From positions 806,001 through 870,000 of the forward strand of contig NIVC01000052.1 in the NCBI GenBank assembly GCA_002269645.1: a stretch of 64,000 nucleotides of DNA. The letters are read 5' to 3'. Source of the stretch: Macrostomum lignano (taxonomy: Eukaryota). Made by a program: the position numbers and the translations under genes. The notes under the pieces are model-generated. The model saw nothing but the letters and a program-made list of their open reading frames with translations, had not been told where the DNA came from and ran no database searches. This document shows, in pieces, positions 61,613 through 64,000 of the stretch (position 1 is its first letter; every line of letters begins with the position of its first letter).

Positions 61613-62780
61613 TGAGCCTTAGTCTTAGCCTTAGCCGTAGCCTTACCTTTAGCCGTAGCCTTAGCCGTAGCCTTACCTTAAGCCGTAGCCTTAGCCGTAG
61701 CCTTAACTTTAGCCGTAGCCTTACCTTTAGCCGTAGCCTTAGCCGTAGCCTTACCTTTAGCCGTAGCCTTAGCCGTAGCCTTAGCCTTAGCTTTATCCGT
61801 AGCCTTAGCCTTGGCCTTAGCCGTAGCCTTAGCCTTGCGTTAAACTTTGCCGTAGCGTTAGCCTTGCCTTAGCCTTGCCTTAGCCTTGCCTTAGCCTTGC
61901 CTTAGCCGTAGCCGTAGCCTTAGCCTTAGCCTTAGCCTTAGCCGTAGCCTTAGCCGTAGCCTTATCTTTAGCCGTAGCCTTAGCCGTAGCCTTAGCCTTA
62001 GCTTTATCCGTAGCCTTAGCCGTAGCCTTAGCCTTAGCCTTAGCCGCAGCCTTACCTTTAGCCTTAGCCTTAGCCTTAGCCGCAGCCTTACCTTTAGCCT
62101 TAGTCTTAGCCTTAGCCGCAGCCTTACCTTTAGCCTTAGTCTTAGTCTTAGCCGTAGCCTTACCTTTAGCCGTAGGCTTAGCCGTAGGCTTAGCCGTAGC
62201 CTTAGCCTTAGCCTTGCGTTAAACTTTTGCCGTAGCCTTAGCCTTGCCTTAGTCTTGCCTTAGCCTTGCCTTAGCCTTGCTTTAGCCCTAAACTTGCCTT
62301 AGCCTTGCCTTAGCCTTGCCTTAGCCTTGCCTTAGCCTTAGCCTTAGCCTTAGCCTTAGCCTTAGCCGTAGCCTTAGCCGTAGCCTTACCTTTAGCCGTA
62401 GCCTTAGCCGTAGCCTTAGCCTTAGCTTTATCCGTAGCCTTAGCCGTAGCCTTAGCCTTAGCCTTAGCCGCCGCCTTACCTTTAGCCTTAGCCTTAGCCT
62501 TAGCCGCAGCCTTACCTTTAGCCTTAGTCTTAGCCTTAGCCGCAGCCTTACCTTTAGCCTTAGTCTTAGTCTTAGCCGTAGCCTTACCTTTAGCCGTAGG
62601 CTTAGCCGTAGCCTTAGCCTTAGCCTTGCGTTAAACTTTTGCCGTAGCCTTAGCCTTGCCTTAGTCTTGCCTTAGCCTTGCCTTAGCCTTGCTTTAGCCC
62701 TAAACTTGCCTTAGCCTTGCCTTAGCCTTAGCGGTAGCTTTAACCTTAGCCCTAACCTTCACCTTAACCTTAGCCTTGGT
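61613..62780. repeat. 6-bp satellite (CCTTAG/CCGTAG)n with a higher-order duplication of about 420 bp
   Basis: Variant GCTTTATCCG recurs at 62001 and 62425. Confidence 0.9.
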
Positions 62781-63477
62781 ATTAGCTACGGTGAATTTTG
62801 ATGAATCGGGGGGGGGGGGGCTAGAGGAAGCTCCGCAGTGCCAGATTAAACTCCACTCTCTGTTTTTCTCCCTGCGGGATATTTTAGAATTTCAGCGCCA
62901 ATGCAGCTGGACTTTTTCCTCCCCTCCTGCCCCCCCCCCGAGTGGAAGCTCACGGCCTGCATGAGCCCGAGGAGCAATCGGACAGTTTAATCCCCGCCAC
63001 AGTCCCGACTTTCTCTTCCGCCCTAAAAACTGCTCTACTCATTCTTTTTTTCCTGAACTGCCGCAGCGCGCCCGGCTGCCATCCTGAGCTGGAGTCGACT
63101 CTCTTCTTCCGCTTGACTTTACCCTCTGCTGCTGCTGCTGCTGGCTCACCCCACTGCCTTCTCTTTCTATCTCTGGCTCTTCGTGTGTGGCTCAGTTATA
63201 TTTTAATGAAATGATTCCCTGCCGGACTGAGGGACCGAATAGCTCAGGGTCTTAAGTCCCTGCCGGTCATTAATCTTTGACCCCCCAGCTCTTAGGGTCT
63301 CTCGGCCGTTTACTTCTGCTATATTATTTATTACTATTTTTCTGCATTCAATTATTTATCGCATTCCGGCAGCTGCTGCTATCAGCGATGTGTCTGCGAC
63401 CCTGTTTGGGGCGATTTTTTGTCGTTTGGCGTGTTGGACGCAGCAGCTGATATTGGCTTTAACCTGCTCACCCCAGA

Positions 63478-64000
63478 TCCTCAGTTGCTGGGCCAGCCTC
63501 TCACATCCTCAGTTGCTGGGCCAGCCTCTCACATCCTCAGTTGCTAGGCCAGCCTCCCAGAGTGTCAGTTGCTGGGCCAGCTTCCCAGAGTGTCAGTTGC
63601 TGGGCCAGCCTCCCAGATCCTCAGTTGCTGGGCCAGCCTCTCACATCCTCAGTTGCTGGGCCAGCCTCTCAGATCCTCAGTTGTTAGGCCAGCCTCCCAG
63701 AGTGTCAGTTGCTGGGCCAGCTTCCCAGAGTGTCAGTTGCTGGGCCAGCCTCCCAGATCCTCAGTTGCTGAGCCAGCCTCCCAGATTCTCAGTTGCTGAG
63801 CCAGCCTCCCAGAGTGTCAGTTGCTGAGCCAGCCTCCCAGATTCTCAGTTGCTAGGCCAGCCTCCCAGCTCCTCAGTTGCTCAGCCAGCCTCCCAGATTC
63901 TCTGTTGCTGGACCAGCCTCCCAGATTCTCAGTTGCTGAGCCAGCCTCCCAGATCCTCAGTTGCTGGGCCAGCCTCCCAGATTCTCAGTTGCTGAGCCAG
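63478..64000. repeat. 28-bp minisatellite (TCAGTTGCTGGGCCAGCCTCCCAGATCC)n, runs off the window end
   Basis: About 19 units visible. Confidence 0.9.

Overview
Animal genomic DNA, not prokaryotic: GC-rich exons with GT-AG introns, set among about 35 micro- and minisatellite arrays. The style resembles the flatworm Macrostomum, but this is inference only. Five protein genes are supported. They are a 5-exon histamine-H1-like aminergic GPCR (+, 3675-16286), an intronless CD36/SCARB scavenger receptor (-, 19749-21497) and a short, divergent ankyrin-TRP channel (+, about 26191-29894). The other two are a FAX/metaxin GST-like gene whose N-terminal anchor is out of frame by one base (+, 30296-31167) and a Shaw/Kv3 potassium channel with an altered S4 and S6 gate (-, 31904 to at least 40409). 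The window also holds a eukaryote-type tRNA-Ile with the unusual GAU anticodon (51460-51533). Mobile elements: an intact 4.3-kb Ty3/Gypsy (Mag-like) LTR retrotransposon with identical LTRs and a 5-bp TSD; two deleted Tc1/IS630-like TIR elements, one carrying a new 20-bp satellite and a nested solo LTR; and a THAP-domain relic between long inverted arms. All long low-complexity ORFs in the track are translations of tandem repeats. Exon models were built by hand from splice signals and phase matching; no searches were run.
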